Source: Trueperaceae bacterium (GTDB lineage: Bacteria > Deinococcota > Deinococci > Deinococcales > Trueperaceae). From it: a stretch of DNA of 64,000 nt. The DNA lies in contig OZ243913.1 of assembly GCA_965213705.1 (NCBI GenBank), positions 1,344,001 through 1,408,000 of the forward strand, in the 5' to 3' direction. The position numbers were made by a program, and so were the translations under genes. Of this stretch, positions 1 through 9,504 are shown one piece after another; position 1 is the stretch's first letter; each line of letters opens with the position of its first letter. The notes under the pieces were generated by a model. That model made no database searches and had not been told where the DNA came from. It worked only from the letters and a program-made list of their open reading frames with translations.

Positions 1-1005
1 ACCAACTTAAACGGCGACGCGGTGCCGGTGACGGCGCAGGTGTTCGTGCCCCGCACCGACGCAGGCGAGCGGCCGATGTTCGTGTTCGGGCCGGGCTCGA
101 CCGGGCTCGTCGAGGCCTGCGCGCCGTCGCGGCCTTACGTCGAGAACCGCAGCTGGGACACCTACAACGCCTACACGCTCGCCTACGCGGGGCGGGGCTT
201 TATCGCGGTGATGCCCAACTACATGGGCTTTTTCGACGACGGCGTGCTGCAACCGTACTTCAGCCGCGTCGCCGAAGGGCGCGTGCTCCTCGACGCGGCG
301 CGGGCGACGCGAGCGCTGCTGGGAGAGCTGGACGGTTCTCCAACCTCGGAAAGCGTGTTCGTCGGCGGTTTCTCGCAAGGGGGCCACGCCGCTTTTGCAG
401 CCGCGGATTTGGCGAGCAGTTACGCGCCCGACGTGCCGCTCAAAGGGGTCGTCGGCTTCGGGCCGACGACCGACTTGGAGGCGCTGTTTCGGGAATTCAC
501 CTACGTCGCGCCCTGGGTGGTCTACGCTTACGACACTTATTTTGGTGACAGCATCGACCCGGCCGACATCCTGGCGGAACCATATTTAAGCCGCCTTAGC
601 GCCGACGCGGAGCGGCTGTGCGTTTTGGGCGTGCAGTCGTACTACCCGTCAGACCCGGCGGCTTTGTTCCGGCCCGAATTCAGTGCGGCGTTACTGAACG
701 GAACTTTGGCCGAAACGTATCCGTCAACTTACGAGCTTTTTGTGGAAAACGACGCGGGCCTTGCCGGACACGGCGTTCCAGCTGTTATCCTGCAAGGGGT
801 GAACGACCCGGTGGTGCTGCTCGAGTCGCAAAACGCCTTTGTGAGCCAACTCTGCGCCGCGGGCAGCGCGGTTCGTTACCCGAACTACCTGCGCACCCGC
901 CACGAGACGCGCTACATCGGCTTTGAAGAGGCGACGGCCTGGATGGAGGCGCGCGCCGCGGGCGAAGACCCGCCCTCGGACTGCGACCTGCTGCCGTCCG
1001 ACTGA
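1..1005 (+). CDS. Secretory lipase (LIP-family) alpha/beta hydrolase, 5'-truncated by the window edge
   Basis: Frame open from base 1 (TNLNGDAVPVTAQ...); GFSQGG nucleophile elbow, QGVNDPVV Asp region, C-terminal His (RHET); paralogue of the next gene. Confidence 0.8.
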   Translation, partial: TNLNGDAVPVTAQVFVPRTDAGERPMFVFGPGSTGLVEACAPSRPYVENRSWDTYNAYTLAYAGRGFIAVMPNYMGFFDDGVLQPYFSRVAEGRVLLDAARATRALLGELDGSPTSESVFVGGFSQGGHAAFAAADLASSYAPDVPLKGVVGFGPTTDLEALFREFTYVAPWVVYAYDTYFGDSIDPADILAEPYLSRLSADAERLCVLGVQSYYPSDPAALFRPEFSAALLNGTLAETYPSTYELFVENDAGLAGHGVPAVILQGVNDPVVLLESQNAFVSQLCAAGSAVRYPNYLRTRHETRYIGFEEATAWMEARAAGEDPPSDCDLLPSD

Positions 1006-1017
1006 GGAGAACCAAGC

Positions 1018-2244
1018 ATGTGTGAACGCTTTCGCCATTTGACGCTCGCCATCTTTTGTGTTTTAGCCGCCCAAACCTCCCTCGCCCAACCTGCCGCACC
1101 CGGCAGCCTCGTCGAGGTCACGGCGCTCGGCGTGGTCGAACCCGCCGAGATTCGCCGCCTCGCCGCGCCCCTGTTCGCCCCCGCTGCGGTGCCGCCCCTG
1201 GAGCTTGCCGTCGAAACCTACGGGCTCCGCTACCTCACGACCGGTCTGGACGGTGCGCCGACCGAAGTGTTCGCACAGCTGTTCGTGCCCGTTTACGCGA
1301 CCCCCGAGGCGCGTCCCCTGTACGTGTTCGGGTCGGGTACTACGGGCGTCGCCGACAAGTGCGCGCCGTCTCGAGAAGCCGAGTACCCTCACCCGTTGGG
1401 CCACTACCGCGCCTACCTGCTCGCTTACGCCAGCCGGGGCTTTGTCGGCGTGTTTCCGAACTACCTCGGTTTCGACGACCCCGAGCGCACGCAAGCCTAC
1501 TTCAACGCCCTCGCCGAAGGCCGCGTCATGCTCGACGCCGTGCGCGCCGCCTACGCATTTTTTGAGCAGTACCCCGCCACCGCGTCGCTTTCGGGGGCGG
1601 TGTTCACGGCCGGTTACTCGCAAGGCGGTCACGCCGCTTTTGCCGCGGCGGACTTGCGCCCGACTTATGCACCCGAGCTGCCCCTGACCGGGGTCATCGG
1701 CTACGGCGCGACGACCAACGTCGCGCGGCTGCTGCGCGAAGGGCCTTATTACGCGCCTTACATTGTGCAGTCTTACAGCACGACTTACGGGTCTGAGGCG
1801 TTCGACCCCGCCGCGGTTTTGAACGCGCGCTGGCTGCCCACCCTGCAAAACGACGTGGGCACGCGCTGTGTCGACGAAGTGCAGGCCTACTACCCTTTCG
1901 ACAGTAAGCTCATGTACGCGCCGGAATTCGCGGCCGCTCTTTACGGTGACACCCTGGCGGCGAGCTTCCCGAACGTCGCCCGCATCTTGGAAGAAAACCG
2001 CACCGGACTGTCCGGCCATAAGTTGCCCGCGCTCATCGTGCAGGGCGAAGACGACGTCATCGTGCGCAACCCCACGCAAACGCTGTTCGTTTCGGAGCTG
2101 TGTGCCGCGCAGAGTTCCGTGTTGTATTTGAGTTTCCCCGCGGTGCGCCACCGTTACACCCGGCAGATTGGTTTCGAGCCGTCGCTCGCCTGGATGGAGG
2201 GCTTGGCGCGCGGTGAGGCCGCGCCGTCGGTCTGCGGCGACTGA
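1018..2244 (+). CDS. Secreted lipase/esterase (LIP family), tandem paralogue
   Basis: GAGGAG RBS; signal peptide ending SLA; GYSQGG, QGEDDVIV, RHR motifs; shares CAPSR and AEGRV motifs with the upstream gene. Confidence 0.85.
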   Translation: MCERFRHLTLAIFCVLAAQTSLAQPAAPGSLVEVTALGVVEPAEIRRLAAPLFAPAAVPPLELAVETYGLRYLTTGLDGAPTEVFAQLFVPVYATPEARPLYVFGSGTTGVADKCAPSREAEYPHPLGHYRAYLLAYASRGFVGVFPNYLGFDDPERTQAYFNALAEGRVMLDAVRAAYAFFEQYPATASLSGAVFTAGYSQGGHAAFAAADLRPTYAPELPLTGVIGYGATTNVARLLREGPYYAPYIVQSYSTTYGSEAFDPAAVLNARWLPTLQNDVGTRCVDEVQAYYPFDSKLMYAPEFAAALYGDTLAASFPNVARILEENRTGLSGHKLPALIVQGEDDVIVRNPTQTLFVSELCAAQSSVLYLSFPAVRHRYTRQIGFEPSLAWMEGLARGEAAPSVCGD

Positions 2245-2256
2245 TTTGTGAGTCGA

Positions 2257-2697
2257 CTAAGGGGTGGTGGGCAAAGCTGTGGGCAAAGCCGCGGTGTTCT
2301 CGAGCCGGGCGGCGGCTTCACCGAGCAGTACCGCCAAAGCCCTGACACCGAAGTCGCTCTCGACGGCGACGGGCGTTTCGGTGAAAATCGAGAGTAGAAA
2401 GGGGGGACGCCCGGCGTCCGCATAAGCGCTCAAGCTGATGTAGCCGGTCAGCCCGGGTTGGTACAGGGTGAGCGTTTCGCCGGAGGGTAAGGTACGGCTT
2501 TCCGCCAACAGAGCTTGCGTGGCGGTGACGAAGGTCTCGAGCTGTTCGCGCGTGAACATGCTCGCCCCCAGCGTGACGGTGTCGCTTTCGACGCTTACCT
2601 CGACCGCCAAAAGCTCAGCCAAGGCGGGCTGCGCGTAAGCCGCCCACAGGGCGGAAAAAAGTGCCGTGACCAGGCAAAGTTTACACATGCGCTTCAC
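2257..2697 (-). CDS. Hypothetical secreted protein
   Basis: Signal-peptide-like N-terminus (AYA); TATCCT 7 nt before the GTG start. Confidence 0.6.
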   Translation of the reverse strand: MKRMCKLCLVTALFSALWAAYAQPALAELLAVEVSVESDTVTLGASMFTREQLETFVTATQALLAESRTLPSGETLTLYQPGLTGYISLSAYADAGRPPFLLSIFTETPVAVESDFGVRALAVLLGEAAARLENTAALPTALPTTP

Positions 2698-2819
2698 ATC
2701 TTTAAGGATAGAGCTAGAAGGCTCGAGGGTATGTCGAAAACATCACGTTTGCAATCCTATTGGCGCGGTGACTGGCTGTTTCTTCCTACAGCCGTATTGT
2801 TTCAAAGCCAAACGCTTGA

Positions 2820-3326
2820 TTAGTCTTCCAACCCCCGCTTCGGCAACGAGGCCCAACCTGGCGTCGAGTCGGTGCGCTGGCGCAGGAGCAAGTTGAGCTG
2901 CGCCGCGTGGTGCTGGACATGCCGGGTGTTGTAGACTGCCAGCTCGAGCAGGCTGAAATCTTTGTACTCACCGACAAAACGCTGCTGTGATTTTTCGGGG
3001 GTCAGGCTGTTGATAAAGGTGCGGCTTTTCGTCCACACAAACGTAAGATAATCCAGCAACTCCTCTTGTGAATACGCGCGCTCCGGCAAAGTTCCCTCTT
3101 CACTAAATTCGTCGGTGGTAAAGGGTGCAGGGGGCTGAAACTCTTTTTCGGTCGTCTCCGAAAAATAATAATCTGTCCAAAACAGGGTGTGGTACGCCAG
3201 ATACCAGAACGCTTGGGGTCGCCTCTCAGCGCCCCAGACTTCGGCTGGATAGGCGACGACGGCGTTCTCGAGCATTTGCAAAGCGCCGCCGAACTGGTTC
3301 CACAGAGTCTGTTGCAAATCGCTCAT
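2820..3326 (-). CDS. DinB-family protein
   Basis: WYLAYHTLFW and RHVQHHAAQL His motifs; leaderless TATGCT-N6-ATG. Confidence 0.85.
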   Translation of the reverse strand: MSDLQQTLWNQFGGALQMLENAVVAYPAEVWGAERRPQAFWYLAYHTLFWTDYYFSETTEKEFQPPAPFTTDEFSEEGTLPERAYSQEELLDYLTFVWTKSRTFINSLTPEKSQQRFVGEYKDFSLLELAVYNTRHVQHHAAQLNLLLRQRTDSTPGWASLPKRGLED

Positions 3327-3391
3327 GGCGTAAGCATAGCAGGGTCATAGGGTGACTCAAAAAGAGGAGATGTCGCAGACGCCTCGATTTC

Positions 3392-4582
3392 TCAACGTAC
3401 TAAAATCAACGCTTCCTGCGGCGTCGATAACACCTCAGCCCCATCTTCCGTAATGAGCACGTCCTGCTCCACGCCGATGGGCACGCCGTCCACATCGGTC
3501 GTGCCGTGAACCACCGGCTCGACCGTGTAAACCTCGCCCGGTTGCAGCGGCGCGTTGCCGCGCTCGCCGTAGCGTTCGCCGATGGGGGAGAGCAGGGTGC
3601 CGCCGTCGTGGACGGTGCGCCCAATCTGGTGCCCGAGCGCGTGCGGGTAAGGTGTGATGCCGCTGTCTTCCTGATGTTCTCGCGCAATCCGGTCGAGTTC
3701 AAACCCGAGCTTACCGGGAGCCATTGCCCGAATCGCGCGGTGCATCGCTTCTTGAGCGACCTCGAAACGGCGCTGCATCTCGAGCGGTGCGCTGGTCTCG
3801 CCGTCAGCCAAAACGTAGTAAGTGCGTTGCAGGTCGGAGGTGTAACCCTCGTAAAAACAACCCATGTCGATGAGCACGGTGTCGCCGGGTTTGACCTTCT
3901 CGTCGCCCGGCGCGCGGTGGCCGATGCCGTTTCGCCCCGCCATCACGTTCGCGCCGTCGCCGAACGAGGGAGAGGTGCCGTAGAACTTCTGTCTCTCTTT
4001 GATAAATTCGACAACCTGCCGTTCGGACATGCGAGGTTTGATGAAGGCGTCCACTTCGGCGAAAATCCGCTCGGTCAACTTAACGGCTTCGCGGATGCGC
4101 CGCACCTCTTCCGGGCTTTTACGGGCACGCAAGGGTTCTAAAACGTTTTGCGAAGAGACGATGCGTTTTTCCAAGTCCGGAAGACCCAAGGTTTCTTTAA
4201 GTCGCAGCAGCAGTCCGTAGCTCAAGCCGTCTGCGAGCGGGTCGTCTTGAGAATAGTTCAGGGCGAAGGTCGTCAGGTCGTGGTCGCGGACGACGAGGCG
4301 CAAAGGTTCGGCGAGGCCGCTCGAGCACGCCACTACCTCGTCATAAACGCCCGCCTTTTCAGCGTCGTGGCGGTCGTAGTCGGTCACGAGGGCGATTTTC
4401 CGGCCCGCTTTGGTAAAGACGAAAACCGTCTCCCCAATTACGTCGAAACCTGCGAACAGCGTCGCCGCGCGGTCGCTCTGTTCGCGGCAGGGAATTATCC
4501 AGGCGTCGGCGTTCAAGGTCGGGAGCAGCGCGTCAAGCTGCGCGTGTTTTTCGCGGATGAGGGTCAGGTCGTGCTCGAGCAT
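3392..4582 (-). CDS. Xaa-Pro peptidase (M24 family)
   Basis: IDMG..Y.SD.QRT, HALGH, TVEP, GVEQD metal ligands; leaderless TAGAGT-N6-ATG. Confidence 0.9.
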   Translation of the reverse strand: MLEHDLTLIREKHAQLDALLPTLNADAWIIPCREQSDRAATLFAGFDVIGETVFVFTKAGRKIALVTDYDRHDAEKAGVYDEVVACSSGLAEPLRLVVRDHDLTTFALNYSQDDPLADGLSYGLLLRLKETLGLPDLEKRIVSSQNVLEPLRARKSPEEVRRIREAVKLTERIFAEVDAFIKPRMSERQVVEFIKERQKFYGTSPSFGDGANVMAGRNGIGHRAPGDEKVKPGDTVLIDMGCFYEGYTSDLQRTYYVLADGETSAPLEMQRRFEVAQEAMHRAIRAMAPGKLGFELDRIAREHQEDSGITPYPHALGHQIGRTVHDGGTLLSPIGERYGERGNAPLQPGEVYTVEPVVHGTTDVDGVPIGVEQDVLITEDGAEVLSTPQEALILVR

Positions 4583-4611
4583 GGCCTCACTCTAGCAAGA
4601 CTCGAGGGTGC

Positions 4612-6087
4612 TCAAGCGTCGTAAGCGCCCGCCGTCGCCTCGCCGCCCGTTCCCGTCCAGTTGGTGTGAACCTTTTCGCCCGGTTTGTCCAAACGCTCGT
4701 AAGTGTGCGCCCCAAAATAGTCGCGCTGCGCCTGGATGAGGTTGGCGGGCAGCTGGGCCGAGCGGTAGCCGTCGAAAAAGCTCAAACCCGCGCTCATCGC
4801 CGGGGCAGGGATGCCGAGCAGCGCCGCCTGCGCGACCACGCGCCGCCAGGCACCCTGGGCGGTTTGAAGCGCGTCTCTGAAAAACGGCGCGAGGAGCAGG
4901 TTCGGCAGTTCGGGGTCGCTCTGGTACGCCGCCATGATGTCGTTCAAAAAGCGCGAGCGGATGATGCAGCCCCCGCGCCACATCTGGGCGATGCCCGCGT
5001 AGTTGAGGTTCCAACCGTAGGTTTTGGCAGCCTCCCTGAACAGCATGTAGCCCTGCGCGTAAGAGACGATTTTCGAGGCGTAAAGGGCGGCCTCGAGGTC
5101 TCGCAAGAACGCCTCTTTTTCAGGCATTTGCGTGTCGCTCGGGCCGGATAAAACTTCGGAGGCCGCGATGCGCTCATCTTTGAGGGCGGATAGAAAGCGG
5201 GCGAACACGGCCTCGCCGATTAACGTCAGCGGGACGCCGCCCTCGAGAGCGCTCGCCACCGTCCACTTACCCGTCCCCTTTTGCCCCGCAGAGTCTAAAA
5301 TCTTGTTCACCAACTGCTGCCCGTCGGTGTCCTTGACGGTAAAAATATCGGCGGTAATCTCGATGAGGTACGAGTCCAGACGGCCTGCGTTCCACTTGGC
5401 GAAAGTTTCGCCCATCTCGGCGGCGCTCATTGACAGCGCGTCTTTCATCAGTTGATACACTTCGGCGATGAGTTGCATGTCGCCGTACTCGATGCCGTTG
5501 TGGACCATCTTGACGTAGTGGCCCGCGCCGCCCTCGCCGACCCAGTCGCAGCAGGGGACGCCGTCCACGTGGGCGGAAATGTCCTGCAGGATGTTTTTGA
5601 CGTGCGGCCACGCTTCACTGGAGCCGCCCGGCATGATGGAGGGGCCGTGCCGCGCGCCCTCCTCGCCGCCCGAGACGCCGGTGCCGACGAAGCGGAGGCC
5701 CTGTTTCTCGAGCGCCATAACCCGCCGCGCGGTGTCGTGAAAGCTCGAGTTCCCCCCGTCGATGACGATGTCGCCCGCTTCCAGGTGCGGCGTAAGTTCC
5801 TCGAGGACGATGTCCACCGGCGCGCCCGCCTGCACCATCAGCATCACGCGGCGCGGGCGTTTCAGGGCGGCGAGCATGTCTTCCAACTCTGCAAAGCCGA
5901 CGACGTTCATGGCTTTGGCGGGGCCGTTGACGAAGTTCACCATCTTGCTCGTCGTGCGGTTGGTCACGGCAACCCTGTAGCCGTGGTCGCTCATGTTCAT
6001 GCCGAGGTTCTGGCCCATCACCGCCAGCCCGATGAGGCCGATGTCGGCTTTGTCGTCTGCACTTCCTTCGGTATTTACGTCGCTCAC
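4612..6087 (-). CDS. gnd: 6-phosphogluconate dehydrogenase (NADP, decarboxylating)
   Basis: GLAVMG, VSGGEEGA, KMVHNGIEYGDMQ, QAQRDYFGAHTY; AGGAGG RBS. Confidence 0.97.
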   Translation of the reverse strand: MSDVNTEGSADDKADIGLIGLAVMGQNLGMNMSDHGYRVAVTNRTTSKMVNFVNGPAKAMNVVGFAELEDMLAALKRPRRVMLMVQAGAPVDIVLEELTPHLEAGDIVIDGGNSSFHDTARRVMALEKQGLRFVGTGVSGGEEGARHGPSIMPGGSSEAWPHVKNILQDISAHVDGVPCCDWVGEGGAGHYVKMVHNGIEYGDMQLIAEVYQLMKDALSMSAAEMGETFAKWNAGRLDSYLIEITADIFTVKDTDGQQLVNKILDSAGQKGTGKWTVASALEGGVPLTLIGEAVFARFLSALKDERIAASEVLSGPSDTQMPEKEAFLRDLEAALYASKIVSYAQGYMLFREAAKTYGWNLNYAGIAQMWRGGCIIRSRFLNDIMAAYQSDPELPNLLLAPFFRDALQTAQGAWRRVVAQAALLGIPAPAMSAGLSFFDGYRSAQLPANLIQAQRDYFGAHTYERLDKPGEKVHTNWTGTGGEATAGAYDA

Positions 6088-6123
6088 GGTCGTCCTCCTA
6101 AGTTGCCCCCGCGTTTTACCGAC

Positions 6124-7266
6124 TCAGCTTAAAGGCAGCGTCTGCGCCCCGTCCGTCGCTGCGCAGACATAGAGGTTCGGGTCTTTGGCGGTTTTTTCCT
6201 GGTAACAAGACGTGACAGCCTCGACAAACACCTCACTTTTTTGAGCTTCGACCAGCGCCACCGCGCAACCCCCAAAACCGCCGCCCGTCATGCGCGCGCC
6301 GTAGCAGCCCGGTTGGGCTCGAGCGCACTCGACCATCACGTTCAGCGCGTCGTTCGTCACCTCGAAGTCGTCGCGGAGGCTGTCGTGGCTCGCGTTCATG
6401 AGTTGGCCGAGTTGGGCGGCGTCGCCTTGTCGCATAGCTTCGGCGGCGTCTAAGGTACGCTGGTTTTCGGTGACGACGTGGCGGGCGCGGCGGAAAACAA
6501 CGGGCTCGAGCCCATCCCCCCGCGCCTCCAAATCTTCAAGCGTCACGTCCCGCAAAGCCTTCACGCCGAAAAACTCGGCCGCCGCCTCGCACTGGGCGCG
6601 GCGCTCGTTGTAGCCCGAGTCGGTGTGGCTGTGCCGGGTCATCGTGTCCATCACGACAATGAGCGTGTTTTCGGGCAGGGTGACGGGCTCTGTTTCCAAG
6701 CTGCGGCAGTCGATGAGCAGCGCGTACCCCTCTTTCCCCGCCGCGCTGATAAGTTGGTCCATAATGCCGGTGTTCGCGCCGACGAACTCATTCTCGGCTT
6801 TTTGCATCGTTCGGGCGATACGGGGTGCGTCCCACTCGAAACCCGAGACCTCATAAAAGGCTCGAGCCGTGGCGAGTTCCAGCGCCGCCGACGATGACAG
6901 GCCCGAGCCGCGCGGCACGTCGCCCGCGACGACGCCCTCGAAGCCGGATAGCGCGTAACCCTCTTCCTGTAAGGCCCAGGCGACGCCTTTGGGATACTCG
7001 AGCCAGCCCTTGCTTTTTTTCAACGCGTCCAGGGAAAACGTGCCCCACACGCCGAAGTCGGCGGAATAGAGCCTGACTTTGCCATCTTTTCGAGGGCGCA
7101 ACGCTATCCACACCGCGCGGTCGATTGCCATCGGCAACACAAAGCCGCCATTGTAGTCGGTGTGTTCGCCGATGAGGTTGACCCGGCCCGGCGCGCGCAC
7201 AATTTTTGCGGGCGCGGTGCCGAACTTTTCTGTGAAGGTGTCGTGAACGGTTTGCTCGAGACCCAT
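6124..7266 (-). CDS. galK: Galactokinase
   Basis: APGRVNLIGEHTDYN, GSGLSSSA, GARMTGGGFGG; start moved to ATG 7266 with a GGAG RBS. Confidence 0.95.
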   Translation of the reverse strand: MGLEQTVHDTFTEKFGTAPAKIVRAPGRVNLIGEHTDYNGGFVLPMAIDRAVWIALRPRKDGKVRLYSADFGVWGTFSLDALKKSKGWLEYPKGVAWALQEEGYALSGFEGVVAGDVPRGSGLSSSAALELATARAFYEVSGFEWDAPRIARTMQKAENEFVGANTGIMDQLISAAGKEGYALLIDCRSLETEPVTLPENTLIVVMDTMTRHSHTDSGYNERRAQCEAAAEFFGVKALRDVTLEDLEARGDGLEPVVFRRARHVVTENQRTLDAAEAMRQGDAAQLGQLMNASHDSLRDDFEVTNDALNVMVECARAQPGCYGARMTGGGFGGCAVALVEAQKSEVFVEAVTSCYQEKTAKDPNLYVCAATDGAQTLPLS

Positions 7267-7396
7267 AAAAACTCCATACCCTTCGACTCGCCTCGGTCTC
7301 CGCTTCGCCTTGCGGCTTTTGCAGTGTGAGTACCGACGTTGAGCGGCTGCGTGTGCTATACCGAGTTTACCTTTGCAAACCCGACAGGGGGACACC

Positions 7397-8449
7397 GTGA
7401 CAAGAACCGTGTACCGACTCGCCATTTTGGGAATCTTGCTCGCCGCGCTCGGCGCTTGCAGCTTCGCGCCGCTCGGGTTCAGCGTGAATTTGCTCGACCG
7501 TTTTCCCAACGAAACGACCGGCAGTTTCACCTTCGACGCGGAGAGCGTGACGGTAGACTTGCTGCCGCGTTTGGGCGGCGCTCGCACAGGCGGTTTCAAC
7601 CAACCCTCACCCGTCGGAGGAATAACCTTGCCAGTCGACTTCGTCGTGCCAAGTGACGCGGGGCAAACCTTGGACTTCAGCGACCAGACCCTGCCTGCCA
7701 AGCTGGAGACCGCCACCCTGAGTTACGGCCTTACCTTGATGAGCAAAAACCTCACCGGCACTTTACAGATTCAACCTTATCTTGCCCCGGTAGGCTCGGA
7801 CGCCGCCGCACAGGAGGCTTACGCGCTCGGCGAGCCACAAGAATACCGGCTTGGCACCGAGGGGGCCTTGAACGCCGATGTCGAACTGAACGAGGCGCAA
7901 CTCTCTGGCATCAACGCGAAGCAACTGCGGCTCGCACTCCGACTGTCGGGTACCGTGGACGTGGTCACCGCCAGCGAGGTTTCGATAACCTACACCTTCC
8001 AAACCTTGTCGCTCACTGTCTTCGGCGTCACCGCCCAACTCGACGAGCTTTTGCCCAATGCGGACGGCACGGTTCTCGACTTCAGCGACGAGAACATTTC
8101 AGGCCGCATTGTCGACGCGGCGCTTGTCTACGACCTCACTCTGACGAGCAGCGCCGCGCTGGACGGCAACTTGACCGCGCAGGTCTACTTGGCCCCGCCG
8201 GGCGAAGACAGCTTGTGGCAAGCCAAGTATGCCTTTGGGGAGCCCGAACAGCTCGAGCTTGCCCAGCCCGAAATCCGCGTCGCGGGCCGCGCCGATTTGA
8301 ACGAGGACCAAAGACCCGTGCTGGATACGCAAATACTCCGCGTCGGCGTACGAGTACGGGGTGAGGCGACGGTGCCGTTGCAAGGAGCCATCACCGTTGA
8401 CTACCGCTTCAACAACTTGACGTTGGAAGTCGCCTACGCGCTGCGCTGA
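7397..8449 (+). CDS. Lipoprotein with two tandem copies of a ~150-aa beta-rich domain
   Basis: GTG start after AGGGGG; lipobox LGAC; repeated LDFSD...YLAP...YA(L/F)GEP...LNE.Q...LR. Confidence 0.75.
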   Translation: MTRTVYRLAILGILLAALGACSFAPLGFSVNLLDRFPNETTGSFTFDAESVTVDLLPRLGGARTGGFNQPSPVGGITLPVDFVVPSDAGQTLDFSDQTLPAKLETATLSYGLTLMSKNLTGTLQIQPYLAPVGSDAAAQEAYALGEPQEYRLGTEGALNADVELNEAQLSGINAKQLRLALRLSGTVDVVTASEVSITYTFQTLSLTVFGVTAQLDELLPNADGTVLDFSDENISGRIVDAALVYDLTLTSSAALDGNLTAQVYLAPPGEDSLWQAKYAFGEPEQLELAQPEIRVAGRADLNEDQRPVLDTQILRVGVRVRGEATVPLQGAITVDYRFNNLTLEVAYALR

Positions 8450-8455
8450 GCCTTG

Positions 8456-9493
8456 TCAGCTTACACGCGGCTCGCCGCAGGAGGCGCGGACGACGAGTTC
8501 GGCGTTGCCTACGCGAACCTCTCGCTCGGTGGGTCGTTCGCCCTTGATCAGCTGAATCAGCAACTCGCCCGCCCGCCGCCCCTGCTCTTTTGGGTTGGTG
8601 CGCACCGTGGTGAGGGGGGGCACGGCGTAAGCGGCCGTGGGGATGTCGTCATAGCCGACGACGGCGACGTCCTCGGGCACACGCAGACCGGCCTGGTGAA
8701 GCGCCGCCAGCGCGCCTAGAGCGATGGTGTCGTTGCCTGCGAAAAGCGCCGTGAAACCTGGCGCGTGCTCGAGCAAAGACCTCATCTGCGCAAAGCCGCT
8801 CGCGGCGCTGAAATCCCCTTCGCGTACCCACTCGTCTCTCACCGGCAGCCCCGCTTCGGTCAGCGTTTGTTGGTAGACGTTTAACCGGTCCAAAGCGCCT
8901 TGATAGGTAAAGGGCGCATAGGTGATGTGGGCGATGCGCTCGTGACCCAAGCCGATGAGCCGGTTGACGGCTGCCGCCATGAGGGGCGTCTGGGTGACGG
9001 TATACGCCTGTGGGTAATCGCTGCTGCTGACCAAGACGACCGGAAAGCCGGACTCGATGAGTTCGGGCAGGTGCGTGTCCGCGTCGTCCAAGCGCGGGTT
9101 CAACACGACCATGCCGTCAATTTGCTTGGCGGCGACGAGCGAGCGGTAAGCGTTGCCGCCGGTCTCCCGCACGCCCTCGAGAATCACGCGAAAGCCGCGT
9201 TCGTTGCAGACTTCCGTCAGCGCGTAAAGAAGCTGAGGAACGAACGCGTCGACCTCTAAATGATGCGGGTCCGGCAGGATGAGCCCGAGCGTGCGCGTTT
9301 GCCCGCTCGCTAAGGTGCGCGCCGCCGCGTCCGGCACGTAGCCGAGGTCGTGGGCCGCAGCCAGCACACGCGCGCGCGTATGCTGGCTGATGCTCTTACT
9401 CAGCGGCGCGTTGTTGAGCACAAACGAGACCGTCGTGCGTGACACGCCGGCCCGCTCTGCGACCTCGAGGCTCGTGACCCGCTTTGGCTCCAC
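8456..9493 (-). CDS. LacI-family transcriptional regulator
   Basis: VAERAGVSRTTVSFVLN HTH, LGYVPDAAARTL hinge, VVGYDD, PPLTTV; start inferred at GTG 9493. Confidence 0.93.
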   Translation of the reverse strand: MEPKRVTSLEVAERAGVSRTTVSFVLNNAPLSKSISQHTRARVLAAAHDLGYVPDAAARTLASGQTRTLGLILPDPHHLEVDAFVPQLLYALTEVCNERGFRVILEGVRETGGNAYRSLVAAKQIDGMVVLNPRLDDADTHLPELIESGFPVVLVSSSDYPQAYTVTQTPLMAAAVNRLIGLGHERIAHITYAPFTYQGALDRLNVYQQTLTEAGLPVRDEWVREGDFSAASGFAQMRSLLEHAPGFTALFAGNDTIALGALAALHQAGLRVPEDVAVVGYDDIPTAAYAVPPLTTVRTNPKEQGRRAGELLIQLIKGERPTEREVRVGNAELVVRASCGEPRVS

Positions 9494-9504
9494 AAGGTCT
9501 CGGC

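Noticed and set aside
6124..7716. 530-aa GalK with a long N-terminal extension
   Set aside because: The extension is antisense to the lipoprotein gene; ATG 7266 has an RBS and gives a normal length
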